From a virus: 45,497 nt of DNA. Shown here piece after piece: positions 18,108-25,883 of the stretch. Location of the stretch: UHGV virus genome UHGV-0106598; one strand, 5' to 3'. Position 1 is the first letter of the stretch. Each line of letters begins with the position of its first letter. A program made the translations under genes and the position numbers. The notes beneath the pieces are model-generated. The model saw only the letters and a list, made by a program, of their open reading frames with translations, had not been told where the DNA came from and ran no database searches.

Positions 18108-18656
18108 ATGTCGGAAGTGAGTATCGTAGAAGACGACCCACGGCCAGTAGTCGCCGAATTGGCAGATCTGTTACAAGCACGACCATTTCATCAGAATCAA
18201 TATGATAACTTATGTCGCTTTATGATTTATTTTTCCTTGGCTGAATCAAAATTAACATCAATGGCTGCTGGCCTTGGTGGAACTGACGCACTGGCACAGG
18301 AACTAGTTGTGCATAACGGTATGGACAGTCAGGCCATAGATGATTGCTATCGTTATTTTATACGACGCTATCGAGACAGCCCTGATAGCGATTACCGCTT
18401 CAATAAACTAGCCCCACCTGAGTATGTTAAGAATGCAATCAGAGGACGCTTTGTTACGCTACTTCAGATACAGTCTCCAACAATTGAAGATAAAATCAGC
18501 TTTGTGTTCAAAGTGATTTTTAGGTTACGGCATAATCTTTTCCATGGAGAAAAATGGTCTTACAACCTTGAAGACCAGGAAGCTAATTTTTCACATGCTA
18601 ACAATGTACTACTATCCTGTTTGACTCTTACTCGCGGGAATATGTGGCACCCTTGA
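18108..18656 (+). CDS. Hypothetical protein with Rx4H motif (possible HEPN-like)
   Basis: 182-aa ORF with strong AAGGGAG ribosome-binding site; RHNLFH at residues 141-146. Confidence 0.4.
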   Translation: MSEVSIVEDDPRPVVAELADLLQARPFHQNQYDNLCRFMIYFSLAESKLTSMAAGLGGTDALAQELVVHNGMDSQAIDDCYRYFIRRYRDSPDSDYRFNKLAPPEYVKNAIRGRFVTLLQIQSPTIEDKISFVFKVIFRLRHNLFHGEKWSYNLEDQEANFSHANNVLLSCLTLTRGNMWHP

Positions 18657-19013
18657 ATCCTGGATGGATATTACGCATCGTCTGATAAGGGGTATCCAGA
18701 TGTGGCTTGCAAAGAATTCCTTAGCATGCCTGTTATCGTAGAGGCGATCCTGCGCAAGCAGCCAGCGGAGTACCTGCATCTAGCGCAGACCAGTTGCACT
18801 CAAACCGACTTCATTATCAAACACTATTATTTTTAGCGACTACTTACTACATCTAGTGGTAGTCGAAATATAATAACCTGCATATAGTGATTTTCGTTGT
18901 TTAAGTGCTTGACAATTCTGCACATGGCATTTAACGGTGTCTGTGGTAAACTATCCACAGAATAGTAAACAGTGTTGGATTGTGGATAATCGTCGGATAT
19001 ATGGGGAGGATAA

Positions 19014-19208
19014 ATGGCTAAATATGAACTTCGACCACTGTCAGATAGCCGTAAGGCTGACATTGCTCGCAGTGCATTAGCACAAAATAGAGCCCCTGCT
19101 AAGCCTGCTGTTTCAATGTCTTCTGGCTCGGCTTCAATACAGAGATCACGAGATACTGCGCGAGTAATGATGGATCGTGCATTCAGGACAGTTGTAGCCA
19201 AAGGATAA
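19014..19208 (+). CDS. Hypothetical small protein
   Basis: 64-aa ORF with GGAGG ribosome-binding site and a clean terminator directly downstream; DnaA-box-like sequences upstream. Confidence 0.45.
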   Translation: MAKYELRPLSDSRKADIARSALAQNRAPAKPAVSMSSGSASIQRSRDTARVMMDRAFRTVVAKG

Positions 19209-19227
19209 TTTTACTTTAGTTGATTAA

Positions 19228-19252
19228 AGCGCCTTTTTCTGGCGCTTTTTTA
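19228..19252 (+). terminator. Rho-independent terminator (AGCGCC-TTTTTCT-GGCGCT followed by TTTTT)
   Basis: Seen in sequence, just after the stop of the 64-aa gene. Confidence 0.6.
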
Positions 19253-19267
19253 TTGCGGATAAACCAA

Positions 19268-19948
19268 ATGGAAAAGCTCTGGGTTTTTACTCAATTAGTT
19301 ACAGGGAAAGATGACACCTCTGGCTTTTTGGCTTACTCGCTTTATAAGCACGACAAAAATGAATATGCCGAGAAGTTGCGCAGTAGTGGCGAATATACAG
19401 AAGACTATATTAACGCCCAACTGAAGATCTTTCATGAGCAGACAGTTAACTCGCCAGGCCGAATTGAGTCTTACAAAGAAAAAGCAGAAGACATCGTCAC
19501 AAACTTAACAGACCAGATAGATGCTGACATCCGGCTTGAGTACGATGCACAGTTAGCCGGTGCTAACTTGCAGGATGTTGAAATAGAACGGCTGAAAGCA
19601 GAAATACAGGCTATGAAAGCATCACGTGAGAACGAGTTAAGGAAGGCTGGAGAGGATGCTATTCTCAATTTTCATCGCATGGTTGAAATCACCCAGGCAC
19701 GCAAACGTGGGCGCGTTTCCCGCTCGTTAGGATGGTACTGGAATGGGTTTGCCAGCATTTTCGCCACAATAACCTTCGCTGTTATTGTCTATGGTATTTG
19801 TACTTGGGCATTACCACAAAAATCCAGAGACGACATTGTGGATGGGGCGTTTAAAAATCTGCAGGGATCGTTATTCCAGCAGCCAAACATTCAGTTTAAT
19901 AAAGACAAAAATGAGAACGCTCAGCAACCTAACACAATTGCCGAATAG
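19268..19948 (+). CDS. Hypothetical membrane-anchored protein (coiled-coil region plus one C-terminal transmembrane segment)
   Basis: Start taken at the internal Met (MEKLW) because the upstream part of the track ORF overlaps the terminator; hydrophobic segment FASIFATITFAVIVYGICTWAL. Confidence 0.4.
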   Translation: MEKLWVFTQLVTGKDDTSGFLAYSLYKHDKNEYAEKLRSSGEYTEDYINAQLKIFHEQTVNSPGRIESYKEKAEDIVTNLTDQIDADIRLEYDAQLAGANLQDVEIERLKAEIQAMKASRENELRKAGEDAILNFHRMVEITQARKRGRVSRSLGWYWNGFASIFATITFAVIVYGICTWALPQKSRDDIVDGAFKNLQGSLFQQPNIQFNKDKNENAQQPNTIAE

Positions 19949-20084
19949 TATCTCCGCGATGCCCCGAAGCCTCACCTTTTCGCGGGACTTTCCTTTCCTG
20001 GTGATTGACATAATTACCAATTTCTGAATACCGTTTTCAACGGTACCGGACACCCAGGTGACGGTGAAACGTGAAGTAAAGGTG

Positions 20085-20103
20085 AAACCCCTCAGAAGAG
20101 GGG
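20085..20103 (-). terminator. Hairpin (CCCCTC-AGAA-GAGGGG) between convergent genes, likely terminating the minus-strand gene
   Basis: Seen in sequence; modestly T-rich tract follows on the minus strand. Confidence 0.4.
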
Positions 20104-20109
20104 CTACTC

Positions 20110-20343
20110 TCACTTCTGCAGTATCTCGCCAATACCTGCCAGATTCTCGTCCATCTTGTCACCGTTTTCGATAAGGATGGAGTTGAGCCGATTCAGTTGC
20201 ATAGCAATTTCAAGTTTGATTAAGGTATCCACCGATACACCAGTTTCTTTCGCTAACTTAGTAAGAGCCGCAGCTCGATTGGCTAAATTAAAATCATCGA
20301 ACTCATAACGACTTCTGCACGGCTGGTTGCCTAACGTACCCAT
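20110..20343 (-). CDS. Hypothetical small protein
   Basis: 77-aa ORF with GAGGAA ribosome-binding site; hairpin after the stop. Confidence 0.4.
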   Translation of the reverse strand: MGTLGNQPCRSRYEFDDFNLANRAAALTKLAKETGVSVDTLIKLEIAMQLNRLNSILIENGDKMDENLAGIGEILQK

Positions 20344-20586
20344 AGTGATTCCTCATGATATAAAGACCCAACAATATAAATTACCAGGCACATCATAAGA
20401 TAGGGTTCCAGCCCATATTTTCAAATATTTGCAAGTATCACCGTTCAGTCTAAAAAGTTGGATGATGATTTAACGAGCCATAACAAAACCCTGCCTCGGA
20501 GGTTTTTTCTTTTTTATAGAACTCAGCGGCGTGAAAACGAATAATAAATTGTGCAAATAATGCAATTTTTATTATTCGAGGTAATT

Positions 20587-21228
20587 ATGAAAACCTTCTA
20601 TGAGGGCTGGCCTGAAACTTTCGTTAGCCGGTTAGATATGTTACGGGCGTTGGATGATCGCGGTTCGACCCGGAGGCTCTATCTTGAGCGGACCGGAGCA
20701 ATATTTGACGCTCTGGCAGAAGAGATACGTACAGCCGTTGCCGGGCACCCTGAAATCGATGTGAGTAAACTCGATATCGGGCCGCTGTATCGCTATTACA
20801 AACGTGGAGAAAAGGGGAATTCGCTGGCTGACTTACTTATTAATTTGGCTCCACCAACCTGTAAACGAGTTCGTATATCCCCTGAAGTGTACACAATCCC
20901 GTATCTGTTTTTTGCACTGTTGATAGCGCAAGGCGCTGACAACGATGCCCGCGATTTTTTCAATATGATGATGCGACCGTTAATCATTGCTTACCGTTTC
21001 AAACAACTGGCGCGCTACCTTGGCACGAAGGGCGGAGGACGGCCACAGCACAGATTAAAAAGCGAAGCCATTGAACTGGCTGATCGTTTTTTTACTGAAA
21101 ACCCGACAGCGCCATTATCGCGTGGTGTGCAATACATATCCGGTATTTTTGTGGCGAAATACTCTGACCCACCTGCAGCGTCGACGATTAGAAAATGGTT
21201 AATTTCAATTTACAGGAGTGATAAATAA
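20587..21228 (+). CDS. Hypothetical protein
   Basis: About 213 aa from the internal Met (MKTFYEGW); no recognised motif. Confidence 0.4.
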   Translation: MKTFYEGWPETFVSRLDMLRALDDRGSTRRLYLERTGAIFDALAEEIRTAVAGHPEIDVSKLDIGPLYRYYKRGEKGNSLADLLINLAPPTCKRVRISPEVYTIPYLFFALLIAQGADNDARDFFNMMMRPLIIAYRFKQLARYLGTKGGGRPQHRLKSEAIELADRFFTENPTAPLSRGVQYISGIFVAKYSDPPAASTIRKWLISIYRSDK

Positions 21229-21341
21229 TGACCATAAACGGTTTAATCCCCTATAAAACCGTTTAATAAAATTCACGACGTGAATATAATTGTTCATTAT
21301 TCCCTCATTGTATCTGGCGTTATGACAAATGCCATAAAATA

Positions 21342-21357
21342 CTGTATAAATATACAG
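21342..21357. promoter_or_regulatory. LexA (SOS) box CTGTATAAATATACAG overlapping a sigma70-like promoter (TGACAA - 16 bp - TATAAA)
   Basis: Seen in sequence: perfect CTGT-N8-ACAG palindrome with AT-rich spacer, 22 bp upstream of a small ORF. Confidence 0.6.
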
Positions 21358-21379
21358 GTTATAGCATTAGGGGGAAGAC

Positions 21380-21559
21380 ATGAATATTCAAGAATCTATA
21401 GGCGAACTACCGGAAACATGCCGGGCTGTTATCAAGCGTAAGGACGGACACATCGTTGGTGTGCGTGTTCTGACCGATGATGAGCGGATTGCCAGCCTGA
21501 TGGCGTTTCTCGAGTTGGCAGAAATAGCTGGATATACTATTACACCCCCTGACGCGTAA
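21380..21559 (+). CDS. Small protein (59 aa) behind the LexA-box promoter; candidate SOS-inducible antirepressor-type gene
   Basis: ORF MNIQESIGELPETCRAVIKRKDGHIVGVRVLTDDERIASLMAFLELAEIAGYTITPPDA, below the 60-aa cutoff of the supplied track; GGGGGAAG ribosome-binding site. Function is inferred from context only. Confidence 0.4.
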   Translation: MNIQESIGELPETCRAVIKRKDGHIVGVRVLTDDERIASLMAFLELAEIAGYTITPPDA

Positions 21560-21636
21560 AACACGGTATAATATCGGTGCTGGATTGAACACCCGGCACC
21601 ATTTTCTGAACACTGCCGCGCCACCTGGAGTTAACC

Positions 21637-22233
21637 ATGGCGCAGCATTCATTTATCAGGGTATCCGGCGGTTCGCTAATACCCGCGACACCAGACACGC
21701 AACGCTGGTTGACTGAACGAGTCAAACCAGGTGCTGTTGTGTATGCAGATTTCAAACAGGCACGCAATCCCGCGTTTCACCGTAAATTTTTCTCACTTCT
21801 CAACCTGGGCTTTGATTACTGGCATCCGTCCGGAGGGGCTATTTCTCCTGCGGAGCGCGAACTGGTTCACGGCTACGTTAAGTTACTGGCGTATTACGGT
21901 GGACACGGTGATGTCATGGCAGAGCTGGCTGATCAGTATCTTCTCGATGAGTCGGAAAAGCGCGCGGGGAATATCAGTGCGGTGAAGTCGTTCGAGGCGT
22001 TTCGCGCATGGGCGATTATGGAAGCTGGGTTTTATGACGTTCATCAGATGCCAGACGGCAGTTTGATGCGCGTACCTCGTTCAATCTCGTTTGCTGCGAT
22101 GGACGATCTTGAGTTCGGTCAACTGTATTCAGCCGTTTTAGATGTGCTGTGGAATTATATTTTGTTCCGCACGTTTGCCTCTCAGGAGGCCGCTGAAAAT
22201 GCTGCCGCGCAGCTGCTGGATTACACATCATGA
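21637..22233 (+). CDS. DUF1367-like lambdoid phage protein
   Basis: 198-aa ORF at the nin-region position before the YbcO-like and Q-like genes; family assignment from recalled pattern only. Confidence 0.4.
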   Translation: MAQHSFIRVSGGSLIPATPDTQRWLTERVKPGAVVYADFKQARNPAFHRKFFSLLNLGFDYWHPSGGAISPAERELVHGYVKLLAYYGGHGDVMAELADQYLLDESEKRAGNISAVKSFEAFRAWAIMEAGFYDVHQMPDGSLMRVPRSISFAAMDDLEFGQLYSAVLDVLWNYILFRTFASQEAAENAAAQLLDYTS

Positions 22234-22523
22234 AAAAAATCGACCTGAGAAAAGCTGCACGTGGTCGCGCTTGTACTGTGCGTATCCCCGGTGTGTGCAA
22301 TCACAATCCTGAAACCAGCGTACTGGCTCATTATCGTCTCGCCGGAACGTGCGGCACAGCCATCAAACCTCACGATATGCAGGGCGCTATCGCCTGTAGT
22401 GCGTGTCACGATGCCATCGACGGACGTACAAAAACGGATTACGGGCACGACTCATTGTTGTTGATGCACGCTGAGGGAGTTTTCAGAACACTGGCTATCT
22501 GGCGCGATGAGGAGTTTATCTGA
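22230..22523 (+). CDS. YbcO-like (DUF1364) putative nuclease with Cys/His cluster
   Basis: KAARGRACTVRIPGVCNHNPETSVLAHYRL ... IACSACHDAIDGRT closely matches the recalled YbcO sequence. Confidence 0.6.
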   Translation: MKKIDLRKAARGRACTVRIPGVCNHNPETSVLAHYRLAGTCGTAIKPHDMQGAIACSACHDAIDGRTKTDYGHDSLLLMHAEGVFRTLAIWRDEEFI

Positions 22524-23194
22524 TGAGTAACGAGTATTTATTGGAATATACCCGCATAAAACTGCGCGCTGCATTGCGGGATTTATCTGGTGGTTCTAAG
22601 GGGCAACTGGAAGCATTGTGTGAGCACCCACCGGCAGACAAAAACGCATACCCACGCAAACATATTCACCGTGTGCAGCTGGAGGACCGGACCGTTGATG
22701 CTCTGGTTACGCCAGTTTACGCTCTGGAAAGTTTCAGCAGACGTCGCCCCGCGCCGCCGATGAGTGATTTTGAATTTGCTGATTCATCCTGGCGGCGTTC
22801 TGTGAACTCGCTGGATGCAAGTCAGCAAGCGTGGTTGCGTTATTGCTACGGTGGTAACCTGGCATTCAAACACCAAACAGCTATTTGTGAGGCTGTCTGG
22901 AGTCGCTATAAAGGAAACATCCCCGCGTCAACTCAGAGAAAAGTAGTTAAGCGCCTGCTTTCGTTGGTGTGGTTGTCCGTGCAGGCGGTCGCAGCATCAA
23001 ATAAACGCGAGGATTTTAAGGAGATGGCCGGATCTGCGCTAGCTGGAATGTTGTCTGTTTCTCGTTCCACCTGGTGCGAAACATACTCCCCGCACTGGGC
23101 AGGAATGAAAGAGGCGGTGAGAGCACTTGATGAAGTGGCACTTCTTGCAACTTTGCATCATTATCAAAACCATTTAGACGACGTTTGCGTATAA
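22523..23194 (+). CDS. Putative late-gene antiterminator (Q-like) by position
   Basis: 223-aa ORF immediately upstream of the lysis cassette; no motif verified. Confidence 0.4.
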   Translation: MSNEYLLEYTRIKLRAALRDLSGGSKGQLEALCEHPPADKNAYPRKHIHRVQLEDRTVDALVTPVYALESFSRRRPAPPMSDFEFADSSWRRSVNSLDASQQAWLRYCYGGNLAFKHQTAICEAVWSRYKGNIPASTQRKVVKRLLSLVWLSVQAVAASNKREDFKEMAGSALAGMLSVSRSTWCETYSPHWAGMKEAVRALDEVALLATLHHYQNHLDDVCV

Positions 23195-23306
23195 TGCTTG
23201 CAAAACCGAACAAAATAGGCCATATTTAACGCTAATTTGGTATATTGCCAAATTTCTAAGAACCTCGCCACGGCGGGGTTTTGTCGTTTCTGAATCAGGA
23301 AAAATC

Positions 23307-23690
23307 ATGTCTGAACCTCTAACCGCTGGCGTTGCTGCTGGCTCGGCGGGGGTGACGTTTGCTGCGTTATTTCCTGAGGCAACACCTGCAGTGATGATCT
23401 GTGCGCTGGCAGGCGCAGCTCTCTATGTGTTGTCATCCGGGCAGCATCGATTCTGGAAGCAGGTTATTTTCGCACTCATTTCGTTTGTTGGCGGTGTGTA
23501 TTGCGCTGAGACAGCGTCAGCAATCATTACCGGTATTCTGAACGCGGTGCTGAGTCACCTGAACCCTCCCGTAACAGTAAAAGTCTCTCCCGCCATTGGT
23601 GCACTGGTTGCATCAGTAATCAGCGTTACATCACTGTTGCGGATCATGTCACAAGCTCGTTTATGGAAATCAGATAAGGGGATGAAATAA
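23307..23690 (+). CDS. Holin-like membrane protein
   Basis: 127-aa ORF with multiple hydrophobic helices, first gene of the lysis cassette. Confidence 0.5.
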   Translation: MSEPLTAGVAAGSAGVTFAALFPEATPAVMICALAGAALYVLSSGQHRFWKQVIFALISFVGGVYCAETASAIITGILNAVLSHLNPPVTVKVSPAIGALVASVISVTSLLRIMSQARLWKSDKGMK

Positions 23691-23962
23691 TGACCCTGCA
23701 CTCTGTCCTCATCAATGCCAATGCAATTATCTGTCTGATGCTGGCACTGCGGTTAATGTTTTTTCAAAAAACAGGCCGCTATCGTTTTTTCATCTCACTA
23801 ACTGCTTACCTGGCGATTCTGTCTGCTGCGTGGATAGCCCTACGAATTTTTTACGGGAAATATACGCAGGTTGATCCCGCAGAGTTCTTTCTCAACCTCA
23901 CCATCTGTATTGCTGTCTGGCGGGCACGAGGGAATATTTCAAAAATAACAGGAGACAGGTAA
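23690..23962 (+). CDS. Second small membrane protein of the lysis cassette (holin/antiholin-like)
   Basis: 90-aa ORF with about 3 hydrophobic segments, coupled to the neighbouring genes. Confidence 0.4.
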   Translation: MTLHSVLINANAIICLMLALRLMFFQKTGRYRFFISLTAYLAILSAAWIALRIFYGKYTQVDPAEFFLNLTICIAVWRARGNISKITGDR

Positions 23963-24441
23963 TGACCGATCCTAAATGGCTAATTGAGGCTCGAAAAAAC
24001 CTCGGCATTCGGGAAATGAAAGGGAAGCAACATGCTGCGGAAATTGTGCAGTACTGGAAAGATATCAAACGCGGCGGCATTAAGGATGACGAAACACCGT
24101 GGTGCGCTGCTTTCACCGGGGCAATGCTGGAACGTGCGGGTATTCGCTCAACGCGTTTTGAGTCTGCGAATTCTTATCTCGATTGGGGTAATGAACTGAA
24201 GGAACCCGCCTATGGATGCATTGCTATTCTGTCTCGGTCTGGCGGTGGTCACGTCGGCTTTGTTGTCGGGAAAAATGCCGCCGGGGATTTAATGATTTTG
24301 GGGGGCAACCAGGCAGATGAAGTAAATATCAAAGCTTTTCCTCGTTCCCGCGTAACAGGCTACCGCTGGCCAGCAGGTCAAACGGATGTTCCACAATCAC
24401 TTCCATTGGTGAATGCTGAGAAATCTATCTCAGAAGCGTAG
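23962..24441 (+). CDS. Endolysin, CHAP/NlpC-P60-like peptidase type
   Basis: ETPWCAAF (catalytic Cys context) and GGHVGFVVG (His context) as in CHAP-like amidases/peptidases; lysis-cassette position. Confidence 0.5.
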   Translation: MTDPKWLIEARKNLGIREMKGKQHAAEIVQYWKDIKRGGIKDDETPWCAAFTGAMLERAGIRSTRFESANSYLDWGNELKEPAYGCIAILSRSGGGHVGFVVGKNAAGDLMILGGNQADEVNIKAFPRSRVTGYRWPAGQTDVPQSLPLVNAEKSISEA

Positions 24442-24448
24442 GTAAAAC

Positions 24449-24643
24449 GTGAAAAAACTTCTCTTAGCTGTCGCGTTCTTCACGCTGGCAGGCTGCACAC
24501 ATTCGACATACACCGAAGCGACTCGCGCTGACGGCAGCAGTATTAAACACGTGATGATCGCGCCGGGTACGAAGATTACTACTGCGAACGGTGGTTGTAT
24601 TGATTCAACCGGGGCAGAGGCTTCATGCCTTGGTGGAAAATAG
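24449..24643 (+). CDS. Small lipoprotein, possibly an outer-membrane spanin component
   Basis: Signal peptide with lipobox LAGC; 64 aa; directly after the endolysin. Confidence 0.45.
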   Translation: MKKLLLAVAFFTLAGCTHSTYTEATRADGSSIKHVMIAPGTKITTANGGCIDSTGAEASCLGGK

Positions 24644-24702
24644 GGTAATTTACTTTAACGAGAGGCCGCCTTTTTGTTTTAAGGCGGCACACATTCAACA
24701 GA

Positions 24703-24963
24703 TTAAGGTAACTGATTTGACCATTTTGTTGCGCGCCAGTTGTTCTGAACCATAATCTTCTGAAGTATCTCATCTGAAGGCTCTGCTTCGCCGCTTAGCC
24801 ATTCTCTTAAAGTTGAACAATTTAGATAAGAGGAGTTCGCACGATAAAAAGATACGATGGCGTCCTCTGATAACTTCTCAGGAAACTTTTTTGGGTCAGC
24901 TTCTTTTAATATTACGCTCATTAAGGCTTCAATTTTTTCTCTGTTCATTTTTTGCGTTCTCAT
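24703..24963 (-). CDS. Hypothetical protein on the opposite strand between lysis and packaging modules
   Basis: 86-aa ORF in a locally AT-rich patch; a GC stem-loop lies between it and the lipoprotein gene. Confidence 0.3.
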   Translation of the reverse strand: MRTQKMNREKIEALMSVILKEADPKKFPEKLSEDAIVSFYRANSSYLNCSTLREWLSGEAEPSDEILQKIMVQNNWRATKWSNQLP

Positions 24964-25316
24964 GGTTGTTGTTTTTCTGTAATGATATCAATAAGTTCAA
25001 GATATATACATATATGGAAAACTTGTTCGGTAGTCTATCGATACAGCACAAAAGGATGGCTCGCTGCCAAAGTGAAAGCTTACGCTGATAATCAGATACA
25101 CAAAGCTGATGTATGCAAACAAGTACGCCGCGAGGCTACAGTTGAGTTTGATGAACCTGATGCGAGCCCCTAATTCCTGTCCTGAAAGGGAGATAGCCCC
25201 CTGGTCGCGGGTCCTTTCCGAAATCCAAAACACCGAGGGTCGGTAGACGCGCAAAAACTCACTCATTTTTAGTATTTTTTCATTTTGGGTATTTCCGGTT
25301 CCGGTGAGGATTTTTA

Positions 25317-25883
25317 ATGGCAAGTCAGGCTGAGGTCGCAGCACATTTACTGCTATCTGATCGTCGTCTGCGCGATCTCGCAAAACTTCCGGGAGCTCCA
25401 GTCCCACAGGGACGTGGCGATTGGGACCTTGATGCCTGGCGCCATTTTTATATTCATTATCTCCGGAGTAATAGACGCGACACAATTGGTACTGACGAAC
25501 CGGAAGTGGGGGACAATTCTCCCGAAAAAAATCGCGAGCAGTGGCTGAAAAATGAGGAACGACAGGAGCGAATCCTGATGGCACGAGTAAAACGCCGCAT
25601 TCTCGCTAAACGCTACGCGCCAATTGAATTAATTAGCGTTGCTGTATCTCGCGTCGCCGTTGAATTACGTACCCGCGTCGAGTCGTGGCCACCACGATTG
25701 AAAAAGGTGTGGCCTGAAATGCCGCAGGAGGCGAGCAGTGTATTACGAGAGGAGCTGGCGATAGCCCTGAATGAACTGGCAGACATACGAGTCGACTTCA
25801 GCGATTACGATGTCAGCGATATCGAACGCGATCTCGACAGGGTTGAATCCCTTGCGCGTGACGATACCGATGACGGGGGTTAA
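25317..25883 (+). CDS. Terminase small subunit (Nu1-like by position)
   Basis: 188-aa ORF immediately upstream of and overlapping the large terminase; GAGGA ribosome-binding site; N-terminal HTH-like segment. Confidence 0.55.
   Translation: MASQAEVAAHLLLSDRRLRDLAKLPGAPVPQGRGDWDLDAWRHFYIHYLRSNRRDTIGTDEPEVGDNSPEKNREQWLKNEERQERILMARVKRRILAKRYAPIELISVAVSRVAVELRTRVESWPPRLKKVWPEMPQEASSVLREELAIALNELADIRVDFSDYDVSDIERDLDRVESLARDDTDDGG

Noticed and set aside
18941-18960. Possible LexA box CTGTGG ... CCACAG
   Set aside because: Spacing and sequence do not fit CTGT-N8-ACAG; a true LexA box is at 21342-21357 instead.
18833-19201. 122-aa minus-strand ORF
   Set aside because: The overlapping + strand 64-aa gene has a strong ribosome-binding site and a clean terminator; the minus-strand ORF has neither.
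21388-21652. Two overlapping minus-strand ORFs (78 and 81 aa)
   Set aside because: They lie antisense to the LexA-box promoter and small ORF region and have no translation signals.
24665-24688. GC stem-loop between convergent genes as a terminator
   Set aside because: No clear T-run on either strand after the stem; evidence too weak to list as a feature.
24997-25584. 195-aa minus-strand ORF
   Set aside because: Overlaps the candidate cos region and the small terminase gene on the opposite strand; likely an antisense artefact.
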